From a virus: DNA of 17,252 nt. The stretch lies in UHGV virus genome UHGV-0812067. One strand, 5' to 3'. This document shows positions 8,715-15,939 of this stretch, in pieces. The notes under the pieces were generated by a model. It was not told where the DNA came from and did no database searches. It worked only from the letters and a program-made list of their open reading frames with translations. Each line of letters opens with the position of its first letter. The stretch's first letter is position 1. The translations under genes and the position numbers were made by a program.

Positions 8715-8727
8715 AAAAGTCCCTCTA

Positions 8728-8747
8728 TACTGTGTTTGTATACAGTA
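8728..8747. promoter_or_regulatory. LexA (SOS) box 1
   Basis: TACTGTGTTTGTATACAGTA, a perfect CTGT-N8-ACAG palindrome matching the consensus TACTG(TA)5CAGTA, located 14 bp upstream of the dinI-like start codon. Confidence 0.75.
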
Positions 8748-8755
8748 TTATTTTT

Positions 8756-8775
8756 AACTGTATGGATAAACAGTG
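8756..8775. promoter_or_regulatory. LexA (SOS) box 2
   Basis: AACTGTATGGATAAACAGTG, a second CTGT-N8-ACAG element 8 bp from box 1 and directly abutting the integrase stop codon (8776-8778). Confidence 0.6.
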
Positions 8776-9873
8776 TCAAGGGGTCTTATTTCTGCTCCTT
8801 TGGAGCTCTTCAAAACGATTATGTAAAGATTTCGGATACAGTTCGGTATATACCTGCCATAGCACGTTTAATGAACGATGCCCTGTAACCTGGGCTACTT
8901 CCTCAATACTAAAACCAGCCTCAAATAAGCGACTTGCCCCTTCTCTACGCAAATCATGGTATCGCAGATCCTTAATACCTAATTTGCTTCTTACCCTCTG
9001 AAATCCCGCAGTAACAGAAGTGCTGTTATATGGAAAAATGAATTCCGATTTTTTGGGCTGTCGTTGGACGATATCCCAGGCTTCCCCAAGCAAGGCTACT
9101 TTCATGTGGTTGCCTTCCTTTTTGCGTGGATCTTTCCTGTCTCTTACGAGTATAGATTTTTGTTCCTGGTCGAGATCTTCCCATCGTAACCGGCATACTT
9201 CTCCGATTCGCATACAGGACCACACAGAAAATTTGAGGATATCAACGAACGGAATTTTTGAGCATTTATGAGTAGATCGTTGTTGAAGGCCTTCAATGAG
9301 CATGTCCAGTTCATCAGATGCTGGTCTACGATTACGACGGTTTGATTTACCAATCAAACCAAGTTTAAGTAGATATGGACGAGCACTTTTCGCCGGGTTT
9401 GATGTGTAATTAATTCCGTATACAGGTTTGGCCGCATCCAGAACACTGCCAAGATAACTAACATCGTGGCTGACTGTTGCTGGACCTGCGCCAGCGTTGT
9501 TTCTTAGCCTGCAATGTTCAATTACGTCATTTTCTGTCAGTTCAGATAGTTTGATCGCGGAGATGTCACTATCCATAAGCAGTTCCAGCACATATCTTTT
9601 AGTACGGCCTGCTTTACCTCCGGCATTTGGGTCATTTAAATATTTGTGTAGTAAGTCACGGACTGTAAGTCCGTCAACTGCATTTGATGATGGAATGCCA
9701 TATAGATCTAATTCCATCACTTTCTGTGTGCCCCATGTTTTGGCATGAGCATGTTTAGGGAATGTTTTGCTTTCCCTGTAAGTGATAACACCTTTTTCTT
9801 TGATAATCACATTACAGCGATAGCGTGGTGTGCCATCGGATTTTAGTCGTTTCTCTATGTTATAGTACGCCAT
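8776..9873 (-). CDS. tyrosine site-specific recombinase (phage integrase)
   Basis: 365 aa. The C-terminal catalytic region has the R...HxxR...Y arrangement (...LRYHDLRREGASRL...VTGHRSLNVLWQVYTELYP). GAGG lies 7 nt upstream of the ATG at 9873. Confidence 0.9.
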   Translation of the reverse strand: MAYYNIEKRLKSDGTPRYRCNVIIKEKGVITYRESKTFPKHAHAKTWGTQKVMELDLYGIPSSNAVDGLTVRDLLHKYLNDPNAGGKAGRTKRYVLELLMDSDISAIKLSELTENDVIEHCRLRNNAGAGPATVSHDVSYLGSVLDAAKPVYGINYTSNPAKSARPYLLKLGLIGKSNRRNRRPASDELDMLIEGLQQRSTHKCSKIPFVDILKFSVWSCMRIGEVCRLRWEDLDQEQKSILVRDRKDPRKKEGNHMKVALLGEAWDIVQRQPKKSEFIFPYNSTSVTAGFQRVRSKLGIKDLRYHDLRREGASRLFEAGFSIEEVAQVTGHRSLNVLWQVYTELYPKSLHNRFEELQRSRNKTP

Positions 9874-9892
9874 TACACGACCTCGTTATTTC

Positions 9893-9929
9893 GGGTTCCC
9901 ATAAAACGTGGGAACCTGTGCGGGAACCT
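9893..9929. repeat. cluster of GGGAACC(T) motifs upstream of the integrase gene (candidate arm-type or regulatory binding sites)
   Basis: gggttccc (9893-9900, inverted), gggaacct (9910-9917) and gggaacct (9922-9929), lying 20-56 bp upstream of the integrase start. Confidence 0.45.
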
Positions 9930-10105
9930 AATGCGAGAAAAATAGCCTGAAATGTTCAAAAATGCACGATAATCATGAAACACAAAAAATTAATCAAACC
10001 AGCGTGATGCCTGAAAAAACTGGTGTTTACTGGAATTCTCGGTTTAGCATTGCTCCTATGCTCGATAGGATGTACCGTTTTTGAAAAACAAGTAGTTATA
10101 CACTT

Positions 10106-10129
10106 TGTGGGAGCCTATTGGGAACCTGT
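10106..10129. repeat. second cluster of GGGA(A/G)CCT motifs
   Basis: gtgggagcct (10107-10116) and ttgggaacctgt (10118-10129); the latter repeats 9909-9919 (tgggaacctgt). It lies about 200 bp from the first cluster across an AT-rich spacer. Confidence 0.45.
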
Positions 10130-10319
10130 TATTCTTAGAAAGCATCATTTGCTCATCACTTCAATTGACCATGGTTAAAGCCAGCTATAAACTTGACAAA
10201 CGAGGTAACTGGTTGCTTAGGCCCAAGTGGGCACACCATAAGAAGCTCATGTTGGTGATGAAGCAACCCATGAAGTATCGAGAATAATTATAAAGTTCAC
10301 TATCTTTGAGGTTTCTTAT

Positions 10320-10892
10320 ATGTTTTGCGAAGAAAAAGTAGCTCAAATGGCTGCATACCTACTTCTTAAGAGAGGTGGGCGCATGGCATATCTGAAATTG
10401 ATGAAGCTGCTCTATCTGTCTAACCGCCAGTCGATTTTGAAGCATGGCAGGATGATCGGCGAAGATAGCCTTTACTCTATGAAATTTGGACCAGTCATGT
10501 CGAATACGCTGAACTTGATTCGCGGTAAGGCTGAAGGCATTGGTGACTACTGGTACAACTTGATAGAGACGAACGGGCATAATGTATCGTTGCGTTCAGA
10601 TCCGAGGGAAATGGATGCAGACGAGGTCTTTGATGAATTGAGTCGTGCAGATATCCGGATTTTAGATGAAATCTATTCTCGGTATGGGCATATGAACCGA
10701 TTTGATCTCGCAAATATGACGCATTTAGAAAGCGTTTGTCCAGAGTGGCACGATCCTGGCAATTCTCGTAAGCCTATAGACCTGAAAGAAATGCTGATCA
10801 GTGAGGGTAAAAGCGAGGATGAGGCTAATCGCATAATTGGCAAAATGGAAGAATCTCAGAAACTTAAGGAATTTTCTTTGCAATTATCATGA
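10320..10892 (+). CDS. Panacea-domain (DUF4065, PanA/SocA/GepA-like) protein, putative antitoxin or sensor component
   Basis: ATG at 10320 with GAGG (10308-10311, 8-nt spacer). Residues about 20-70 (...AYLKLMKLLYLSNRQSILKHGRMIGEDSLYSMKFGPVMSNT...) fit the Panacea signature (KLqKLLYL ... w/y-GPV). Coding DNA is low-GC relative to flanking phage genes. Confidence 0.75.
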   Translation: MFCEEKVAQMAAYLLLKRGGRMAYLKLMKLLYLSNRQSILKHGRMIGEDSLYSMKFGPVMSNTLNLIRGKAEGIGDYWYNLIETNGHNVSLRSDPREMDADEVFDELSRADIRILDEIYSRYGHMNRFDLANMTHLESVCPEWHDPGNSRKPIDLKEMLISEGKSEDEANRIIGKMEESQKLKEFSLQLS

Positions 10893-11308
10893 CGGATTAT
10901 CAGCCATACAGGAAAGGAACTGTGCTTGCCCCAACTGGACCATGCAATCATCTTCATGTGATTTGTAATGATCCTGTTTATTACCCCGTTAACGATTGTT
11001 ATTGTGTTTTAGTTGTTAATATTTCTAGTATCAAGGATGGTGTCCCCCACGATCCGTCTTGCGTCTTGAATTCTGGTGATCATCGCTTTATCAAGCATCC
11101 AAGTTATGTTGTTTACGCTGAAGCTATAATTTGGCGAGTGGATAACATGGTTAGAAAGCAGCGATCGGGTGAGATTTCTGTTCATGATGATATGCCAGAA
11201 GCTACATTCAATAGAATTCTGGACGGTTTTGATATCTCTGATGAAGTTACGCCAAAGAACCTTAAATTTAAAAATAAATATTGCGTATCATCTATTGATG
11301 ATGAGTAA
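10889..11308 (+). CDS. hypothetical 139-aa protein translationally coupled to the Panacea-domain gene, candidate toxin/effector
   Basis: ATGA overlap at 10889-10892 with the upstream stop. Protein MTDYQPYRKGTVLAPTGPCNHLHVICNDPVYYPVNDCYC... has Cys/His-rich motifs and I recognise no family. Lowest GC in the window. Confidence 0.65.
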   Translation: MTDYQPYRKGTVLAPTGPCNHLHVICNDPVYYPVNDCYCVLVVNISSIKDGVPHDPSCVLNSGDHRFIKHPSYVVYAEAIIWRVDNMVRKQRSGEISVHDDMPEATFNRILDGFDISDEVTPKNLKFKNKYCVSSIDDE

Positions 11309-11347
11309 ACAACAGGAATTGTTTCGGTATAACTTCTGGAGTTTTCT

Positions 11348-11521
11348 ATGGAAGATCAAAAAGCAACCAAGCCACAGGTTAAGTTCGACACAATGAAAGC
11401 ATTCGCAGGTATGGGTGCTGCTGTTGAAGTTCTGATGAAGGCTGCTCCTAACGCGTTCACTCACGCTATTGTCTCTGGTAAAGAGCAGCAGGGTAAGCTT
11501 CGTCGTCGCAAGGCAGCATGA
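11348..11521 (+). CDS. small 57-aa protein of unknown function (not in the ORF track, below its length cut-off)
   Basis: Hand translation: MEDQKATKPQVKFDTMKAFAGMGAAVEVLMKAAPNAFTHAIVSGKEQQGKLRRRKAA. GGAG (11338-11341) lies 6 nt before the ATG, and a strong intrinsic terminator follows 22 bp after the stop. Codon choice looks like a well-expressed enterobacterial gene. Confidence 0.5.
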   Translation: MEDQKATKPQVKFDTMKAFAGMGAAVEVLMKAAPNAFTHAIVSGKEQQGKLRRRKAA

Positions 11522-11543
11522 TCATAGCTGGTGCTTTTTGAAA

Positions 11544-11573
11544 GCCCGCCATCTGGCGGGTTTTTCTTTTTTA
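11544..11573 (+). terminator. rho-independent terminator
   Basis: gcccgcc-atct-ggcgggt GC-rich stem followed by tttttctttttt. Confidence 0.75.
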
Positions 11574-11585
11574 TCGGTGCGGAAC

Positions 11586-11858
11586 TCAACTATTTTTCTG
11601 TTTGTTCGTTCTGACCCTTTCCCATTCAATTCTGCCTTCTTCACGCCGCTGGTCTATATACTCAGCAAGATCCTGAATGTTGATACAGCGCTTCGCTTTC
11701 TGTGATGTTCCTACACGGTAAGTCGGGATCGGCAACTGACAGGCATTTGCTTTCGCTTCTGCTGTGTTAGGGCTCATACCGAAATACTTTTGGCATACCG
11801 CTGACAGCTCGATGTTAGGCGTGTTGAACTCAGCCATAAGTAAAAACAAAGTATTCAT
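11586..11858 (-). CDS. PrtN-family (pyocin activator-like) small DNA-binding protein; possible regulator or recombination directionality factor
   Basis: 90 aa, MNTLFLLMAEFNTPNIELSAVCQKYFGMSPNTAEAKANACQLPIPTYRVGTSQKA..., the characteristic N-terminus of PrtN-like proteins common in enterobacterial prophages. GGAG lies 7 nt upstream of the ATG. Confidence 0.7.
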   Translation of the reverse strand: MNTLFLLMAEFNTPNIELSAVCQKYFGMSPNTAEAKANACQLPIPTYRVGTSQKAKRCINIQDLAEYIDQRREEGRIEWERVRTNKQKNS

Positions 11859-11896
11859 AGACGTTCTCCATACAACCTGGCTGCACCCAGGGGAAA

Positions 11897-12469
11897 TTAC
11901 AGGTCGCTGCTGGTGGCCGGAATCAACTTCTGCCAGATCGCGGACACGTATTTTGCTTGATGTCGCGCATCGGCCAGTGCGTTATGTGCAACCCCATCGA
12001 ATGGCATATCTCGCTTTGGATCGAAACCCACCACTCTGCCTAATGTGACGATGGTTCTGACGTCGTGATCGTTCCAAAATTGCCACGGGCAAACCTGGCC
12101 GGTGCGCTCATATGCGCCGCGCAATATAACGTTGTCGAAAGTAGCTCCATTGCCCCAAACTTTTAAATATTTGGGGTTATCAGAATGCCGATTAATGAAA
12201 TGGCTCAGTTCAGATAGGGCAGACGATATCGGCATCGCATCATCAACACAGATTGCTGATCGTGCTTCTGAGCTTTGTCTTAACCACCACAGAATAGTGT
12301 CACCATCCGGCACCGCTCCCTGCTCCATAGCGCTTTCAAGGTTAACGGCGGTGTAAAACTCCTGACCCAGTTCACCGCTTTGCGGATCGAAGAACACGGC
12401 ACCAATGGAGACGATAGGGGCATTCGGTCTTTTGCCCATAGACTCAAGGTCGATCATTAAATTGTTCAC
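11897..12469 (-). CDS. DnaQ-like 3'-5' exonuclease (DEDDh family)
   Basis: Motif I MIDLESMG, central FDN and C-terminal H-x4-D (VAHNALADA). GTG at 12469 has AGGAG 10 nt upstream; an alternative ATG is at 12457. Confidence 0.75.
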   Translation of the reverse strand: MNNLMIDLESMGKRPNAPIVSIGAVFFDPQSGELGQEFYTAVNLESAMEQGAVPDGDTILWWLRQSSEARSAICVDDAMPISSALSELSHFINRHSDNPKYLKVWGNGATFDNVILRGAYERTGQVCPWQFWNDHDVRTIVTLGRVVGFDPKRDMPFDGVAHNALADARHQAKYVSAIWQKLIPATSSDL

Positions 12470-12470
12470 G

Positions 12471-12914
12471 TTAAATATTCTCCTGTTTTGGTGCTGCTTT
12501 AAGCATTGCGGCGCGGCAGGCGTTCCATCCCCTGACTTCAGCGATTGCAGCTACAGCGTCTATGGCATGCATTTTCGACGCCTCTGGCATCGGTTTTTCA
12601 TCCGGCACTACTGGCGCTGACTGCGGGGCGGCCCAGAGCTTATTGACGCCATCCGGCAGATTATTAAAATCAAACGTACTGCCCGGAATCCTGCCAGCCT
12701 GAATCCTGTCGTCTCCGTCAATCTCGATGAAAAATACTGGCTCTGCGTTCCTCGATGCTAGCACCTCATCAATCACATTCAACATATCACCGAGAATGTA
12801 TGCTCTGTTCCCGCCGTTTGAGTACTGGGTATCATGTTGCAGGTGCTCGCGTATCTGGTGCAGGCGATCGACAGATACAGGACCGTTCACCGGGTGGTTT
12901 GTGCTTTTAGTCAT
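12471..12914 (-). CDS. hypothetical early-region protein
   Basis: ORF track extends to 12968 from a non-ATG codon. I prefer the ATG at 12914 (MTKSTNHPV...), which has GGAGG 6 nt upstream and overlaps the upstream stop (ATGACTAA). Confidence 0.55.
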   Translation of the reverse strand: MTKSTNHPVNGPVSVDRLHQIREHLQHDTQYSNGGNRAYILGDMLNVIDEVLASRNAEPVFFIEIDGDDRIQAGRIPGSTFDFNNLPDGVNKLWAAPQSAPVVPDEKPMPEASKMHAIDAVAAIAEVRGWNACRAAMLKAAPKQENI

Positions 12915-13251
12915 TCCATGCCTCCAGCTCGTTCTGGATTTCCTCGTCGACCTCGTCATTTGTGGCATCTTCGTTCAGATAGTCGCGCGCCTCTTTGAGA
13001 TACTGTTCACGGCGTTCGTGGTACCAGGCAGAGAACTCCGGCGACCACCCTCGATTAGCCCCCTGAAAATCTACCATCGCATTATCCTCTGCCATACGCT
13101 CGACCATGCAGTCGGCAGTTGTCAGGGCGCATTCCCGGATGTAACTGCGAAGGTGGTGCTTACGCCAGTACGGACTGTATTTTGAATCGCAGCGGCTTTT
13201 AAATTCGACAGTCCAGCGACGGATGCAACGTGCGTTCAGTGATTTACTCAT
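12907..13251 (-). CDS. hypothetical early-region protein (acidic C-terminus)
   Basis: 114 aa. GGGAG lies 7 nt upstream of the ATG at 13251, which overlaps the upstream stop as ATGA. Confidence 0.55.
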   Translation of the reverse strand: MSKSLNARCIRRWTVEFKSRCDSKYSPYWRKHHLRSYIRECALTTADCMVERMAEDNAMVDFQGANRGWSPEFSAWYHERREQYLKEARDYLNEDATNDEVDEEIQNELEAWND

Positions 13252-13502
13252 TGTGTTGCTCCCTGTCTGGCTCTATTCAATAACTGGTTAAACATCATGG
13301 TTAGGCTGTTACTGCACCCAAATGGCATATCGTTAACACGGTATGTTGGAATGCCCTTGCGAACACCAGACTTCACGATCCTGCCAGTGGTAAAGAGTTG
13401 CGATAACGAACCAGCGATCGAAGCTGTTTTTTTGTTTAAACCCTTAGCTATTTCAGCGCTGGTGGCGTTGGGGTGAGCCTGGAGATATTCAAATACGGTC
13501 AT
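13248..13502 (-). CDS. small putative winged-helix DNA-binding protein
   Basis: 84 aa. N-terminus ...HPNATSAEIAKGLNKKTASIAGSLSQLFTTGRIV... looks like a wHTH fold; this is inference from the sequence pattern only. ATGA-coupled on both sides. Confidence 0.5.
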   Translation of the reverse strand: MTVFEYLQAHPNATSAEIAKGLNKKTASIAGSLSQLFTTGRIVKSGVRKGIPTYRVNDMPFGCSNSLTMMFNQLLNRARQGATQ

Positions 13503-13666
13503 GGCGTTTTACCTTTACGTTCCTGTTCCAGTTGCACCAGAGACTCTTTTAATGCTGCGAACGTAGCTTCCAGTCTGGTGGCGACTTCGCTCATAAGCGG
13601 TGCATGCTTTGGTGGCAATTCAGCAACGGAGGAAAAAGCCTCCGCTACGAGTTCTTTTACCTTCAT
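13499..13666 (-). CDS. small 55-aa hypothetical protein (not in the ORF track)
   Basis: Hand translation on the minus strand: MKVKELVAEAFSSVAELPPKHAPLMSEVATRLEATFAALKESLVQLEQERKGKTP. Its ATG overlaps the HD gene stop (ATGA) and its TGA overlaps the next ATG (ATGA). Confidence 0.45.
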   Translation of the reverse strand: MKVKELVAEAFSSVAELPPKHAPLMSEVATRLEATFAALKESLVQLEQERKGKTP

Positions 13667-14202
13667 GCGGCGCATTGGCGCTGCTCCATCAACTCGTTAA
13701 AGCGATTGATGAACATGCCGTATGACTGGCCAGGACGAACTGGGTTGATAATGAATAAATCCGTTGGGACAACTCCCTCGAGGCATGGCCAAATGGAACC
13801 TTCGTCAATCTCAAAATCGCGGCGTTCGCTGGCGAGCATCACCAGGTCGGCATATTTCACGGTTGGGTGTTGCTCAGTTGGTAGACCGAACTTCTGCCGA
13901 ATGGCTGCGTCCACACGAGCTTCGATTGCCTGGTAATCCGGAAGCAGGCGCTTAAGTGGGGAGGGGATGTCCTGCAGGTAGGCTTCAGCAGCATCATGAA
14001 GCAGTGCTTCTAATGCAAACTCCTGCGGAACGAGGTGGCTGGTTAAAACGCTATGCTGGCCGACACTGTAAAACTCAGGAAGATGCCCTGCAAAGCGGCA
14101 GATATGAGACAACGCGGTAGCAATATCCTCGATCACGATATCGTCCTGTTGGATATCGAGGTAATTAAAATGTTTGCCGGATAATGTCTGAATGTAGCTC
14201 AT
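13663..14202 (-). CDS. HD-domain phosphohydrolase
   Basis: H...HD signature (...ALSHICRFAGH...LLHDAAEAY...). I prefer the ATG at 14202 (MSYIQ...), which has GGAG 6 nt upstream, over the track's GTG at 14229. Confidence 0.75.
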   Translation of the reverse strand: MSYIQTLSGKHFNYLDIQQDDIVIEDIATALSHICRFAGHLPEFYSVGQHSVLTSHLVPQEFALEALLHDAAEAYLQDIPSPLKRLLPDYQAIEARVDAAIRQKFGLPTEQHPTVKYADLVMLASERRDFEIDEGSIWPCLEGVVPTDLFIINPVRPGQSYGMFINRFNELMEQRQCAA

Positions 14203-14310
14203 GGTTTTCTCCATATTGGCGCGCTGCACCGCGCCATTAAATTAATGAATTGCTGAATTTAGCGTGCAGCAACCCAACCCATGCTTATGGGGGTAATTGT
14301 TGCCTGGTGT

Positions 14311-15228
14311 TTATCGCTTGGCTTCGCCGCCGAGAGAGGTTGTTAATCCGTTAATGAGAGAGATAAGCTCGCCGGTCATCAGAACAAAGTCAGCGTCGAA
14401 CCGCTGAGCCGCATCCTCACGGTCGATATCGTCGTTTTGTTCTGTAATCTCATTAGAGAACTTAAGGCGTTTGATGCTGCCGTCATCGCAAAGAACGAAC
14501 TGAATGCGCTGTTGCCAGTCGATAGACAGCTTTGTAACTACTTTGCCAGCTTCCAGATGCACATGAATTTCGTCACTGACCAGAGTCTGTTTTTTAAAGC
14601 GTCCAATACCGCCATCTTCAAGAATAGCTTTCAGTTCGGCTTCATCACCCAGGCCAAAGCCAGCAGGCGCACTACCGGAACGAACCCATTCGGTCATAGT
14701 TAGTTCGATCGGCGTTTCCATAGTCAGCGGTACCACCGGGAGAGAACCGAGAGTTTTACGAAGCAGGGCCAGTGAGTCTTCGGCACGTTTAGCGCTGGCT
14801 GCATCAACCATGATCAGACCGTCGGTGACGTTGATCCACAAACTAACAGTCGAGTTTTTGGAGAACGCCCGAGGAAGCAGGGAGTGCAACACTTCATCAC
14901 GCAGCGAATCTTTCTCAGTTTTTTTGAGGCGACGCCCCTGATCGGATTCCAGACGCGACACACGCTTGCGCAGTTCTTCAGCAATGACAGGAGATGGCAG
15001 TATTTTTTCTTCCCGGCGAATAACCAACAACACTTGATTATTGACAGTGTGATGCAAGCGATCTGACAGCTGACCAAGTGGTGATACCCAACCGGTTTTT
15101 GCCATATCCTGGCTACCGCATGGAGTGAAGCGAAATAGTTCAAGCTGCTGTTCCAGCTCTTCCTGGTTGATGGTGAAATCGCGACTAATGCGATACACCA
15201 ACATATTTTTGAAAAACGGATTGTTCAT
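14311..15228 (-). CDS. rdgC: RdgC-family recombination-associated protein, phage-encoded homologue
   Basis: 305 aa, [18 protein letters not shown]...[19 protein letters not shown]...KILPSPVI...[22 protein letters not shown]...LGSLPVVPL...RLKF..., collinear with E. coli RdgC along its whole length. Confidence 0.9.
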   Translation of the reverse strand: MNNPFFKNMLVYRISRDFTINQEELEQQLELFRFTPCGSQDMAKTGWVSPLGQLSDRLHHTVNNQVLLVIRREEKILPSPVIAEELRKRVSRLESDQGRRLKKTEKDSLRDEVLHSLLPRAFSKNSTVSLWINVTDGLIMVDAASAKRAEDSLALLRKTLGSLPVVPLTMETPIELTMTEWVRSGSAPAGFGLGDEAELKAILEDGGIGRFKKQTLVSDEIHVHLEAGKVVTKLSIDWQQRIQFVLCDDGSIKRLKFSNEITEQNDDIDREDAAQRFDADFVLMTGELISLINGLTTSLGGEAKR

Positions 15229-15693
15229 TCTCGGTTCCTCAACGCCTCTGCACCGGCGCTAAAAAGTTAGTTTCTCCATACACAACAGAGAAGGGCACCT
15301 GCATTGGTCGGCGGCTTGCAGAGACCGCTTTCTTTTTGCCCGGGTGGATTGGGTTATGAGCCCGTCGTCCGGTGATGCTCTTCTCTGTTTTGTAAAAAGG
15401 ACGGTACCAGCCGGAAGCAAGGGTACAAACTGGTACCGCCAGGACTACACACAGCATAAAGTTGTGGTGCCGGGTGCCTCCCGGTGCCTGGCGAAGGTTG
15501 CACACCAGGCGGGTGGGTATCCACAGAAGGTCGACTGTCAGCCTCAACCTTAACCCGCGTGCGCTGAGCCGCATTCACCACAACGCTAAGGATTCTCTCT
15601 GGTTGAAAATACTTAGCTGTTATGTGCCTGTCTTTTCACCACTTCAGGCTCGGTGGTATCCTTTTAAGCCCGTATACATAAAAGGAAAATCAA

Positions 15694-15939
15694 ATGACTT
15701 TTGATGAAAAAGAACTTGATAATGCAATTAATAAAATCATCGTAACGTCGCTCTTTTCCTGTCTCAGCGACACTCAGCAGAAACAGTTCTACGAATCGGC
15801 TTTCAACATGATCGAGCGTTGTTGTTTCTGCGATGCCGACGAGTTACCTGAAAAAATCAGGAAACAGTTGGCTGATGCTCTTCGAGTGCGACTTTCTGAC
15901 CAATTTTCTGAAATGTGCTCTCCGAATTTGGACAAATAG
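15694..15939 (+). CDS. hypothetical 81-aa protein
   Basis: ATG at 15694 with AAGGA 7 nt upstream. Sequence is protein-like and acidic/helical. It overlaps the 3' end of a convergent minus-strand ORF. Confidence 0.45.
   Translation: MTFDEKELDNAINKIIVTSLFSCLSDTQQKQFYESAFNMIERCCFCDADELPEKIRKQLADALRVRLSDQFSEMCSPNLDK

Noticed and set aside
8732-9748. Plus-strand ORFs antisense to the integrase gene (8732-9001, 9020-9271, 9497-9748)
   Set aside because: They are embedded in the integrase coding region, whose catalytic motifs are clear, and look like low-complexity off-frame products.
10105-10287. 60-aa ORF (TTG start), or a 38-aa ATG-initiated sub-ORF, upstream of the Panacea gene
   Set aside because: No Shine-Dalgarno and a non-ATG start. 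The region more plausibly contains the promoter of the cargo operon (TTGACC-N17-TAAACT at about 10165-10193) and the GGGAACCT repeats.
11169-11396. 75-aa ORF overlapping the end of the 139-aa gene and the start of the small gene
   Set aside because: It is out of frame with two better-supported genes, has no RBS, and its hydrophobic product looks like an AT-rich off-frame artefact.
11764-13185. Plus-strand ORFs antisense to the early operon (11764-12048, 12102-12356, 12405-12620, 12727-13185)
   Set aside because: They are antisense to a tightly coupled minus-strand operon that has RBSs and recognisable domains; none has its own RBS.
15239-15704. Four overlapping ORFs (both strands, different frames) in the GC-rich gap upstream of rdgC
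   Set aside because: All are compositionally non-protein-like, several use non-ATG starts, and they overlap one another. The region is reported as a non-coding or decayed-gene candidate instead of as CDSs.
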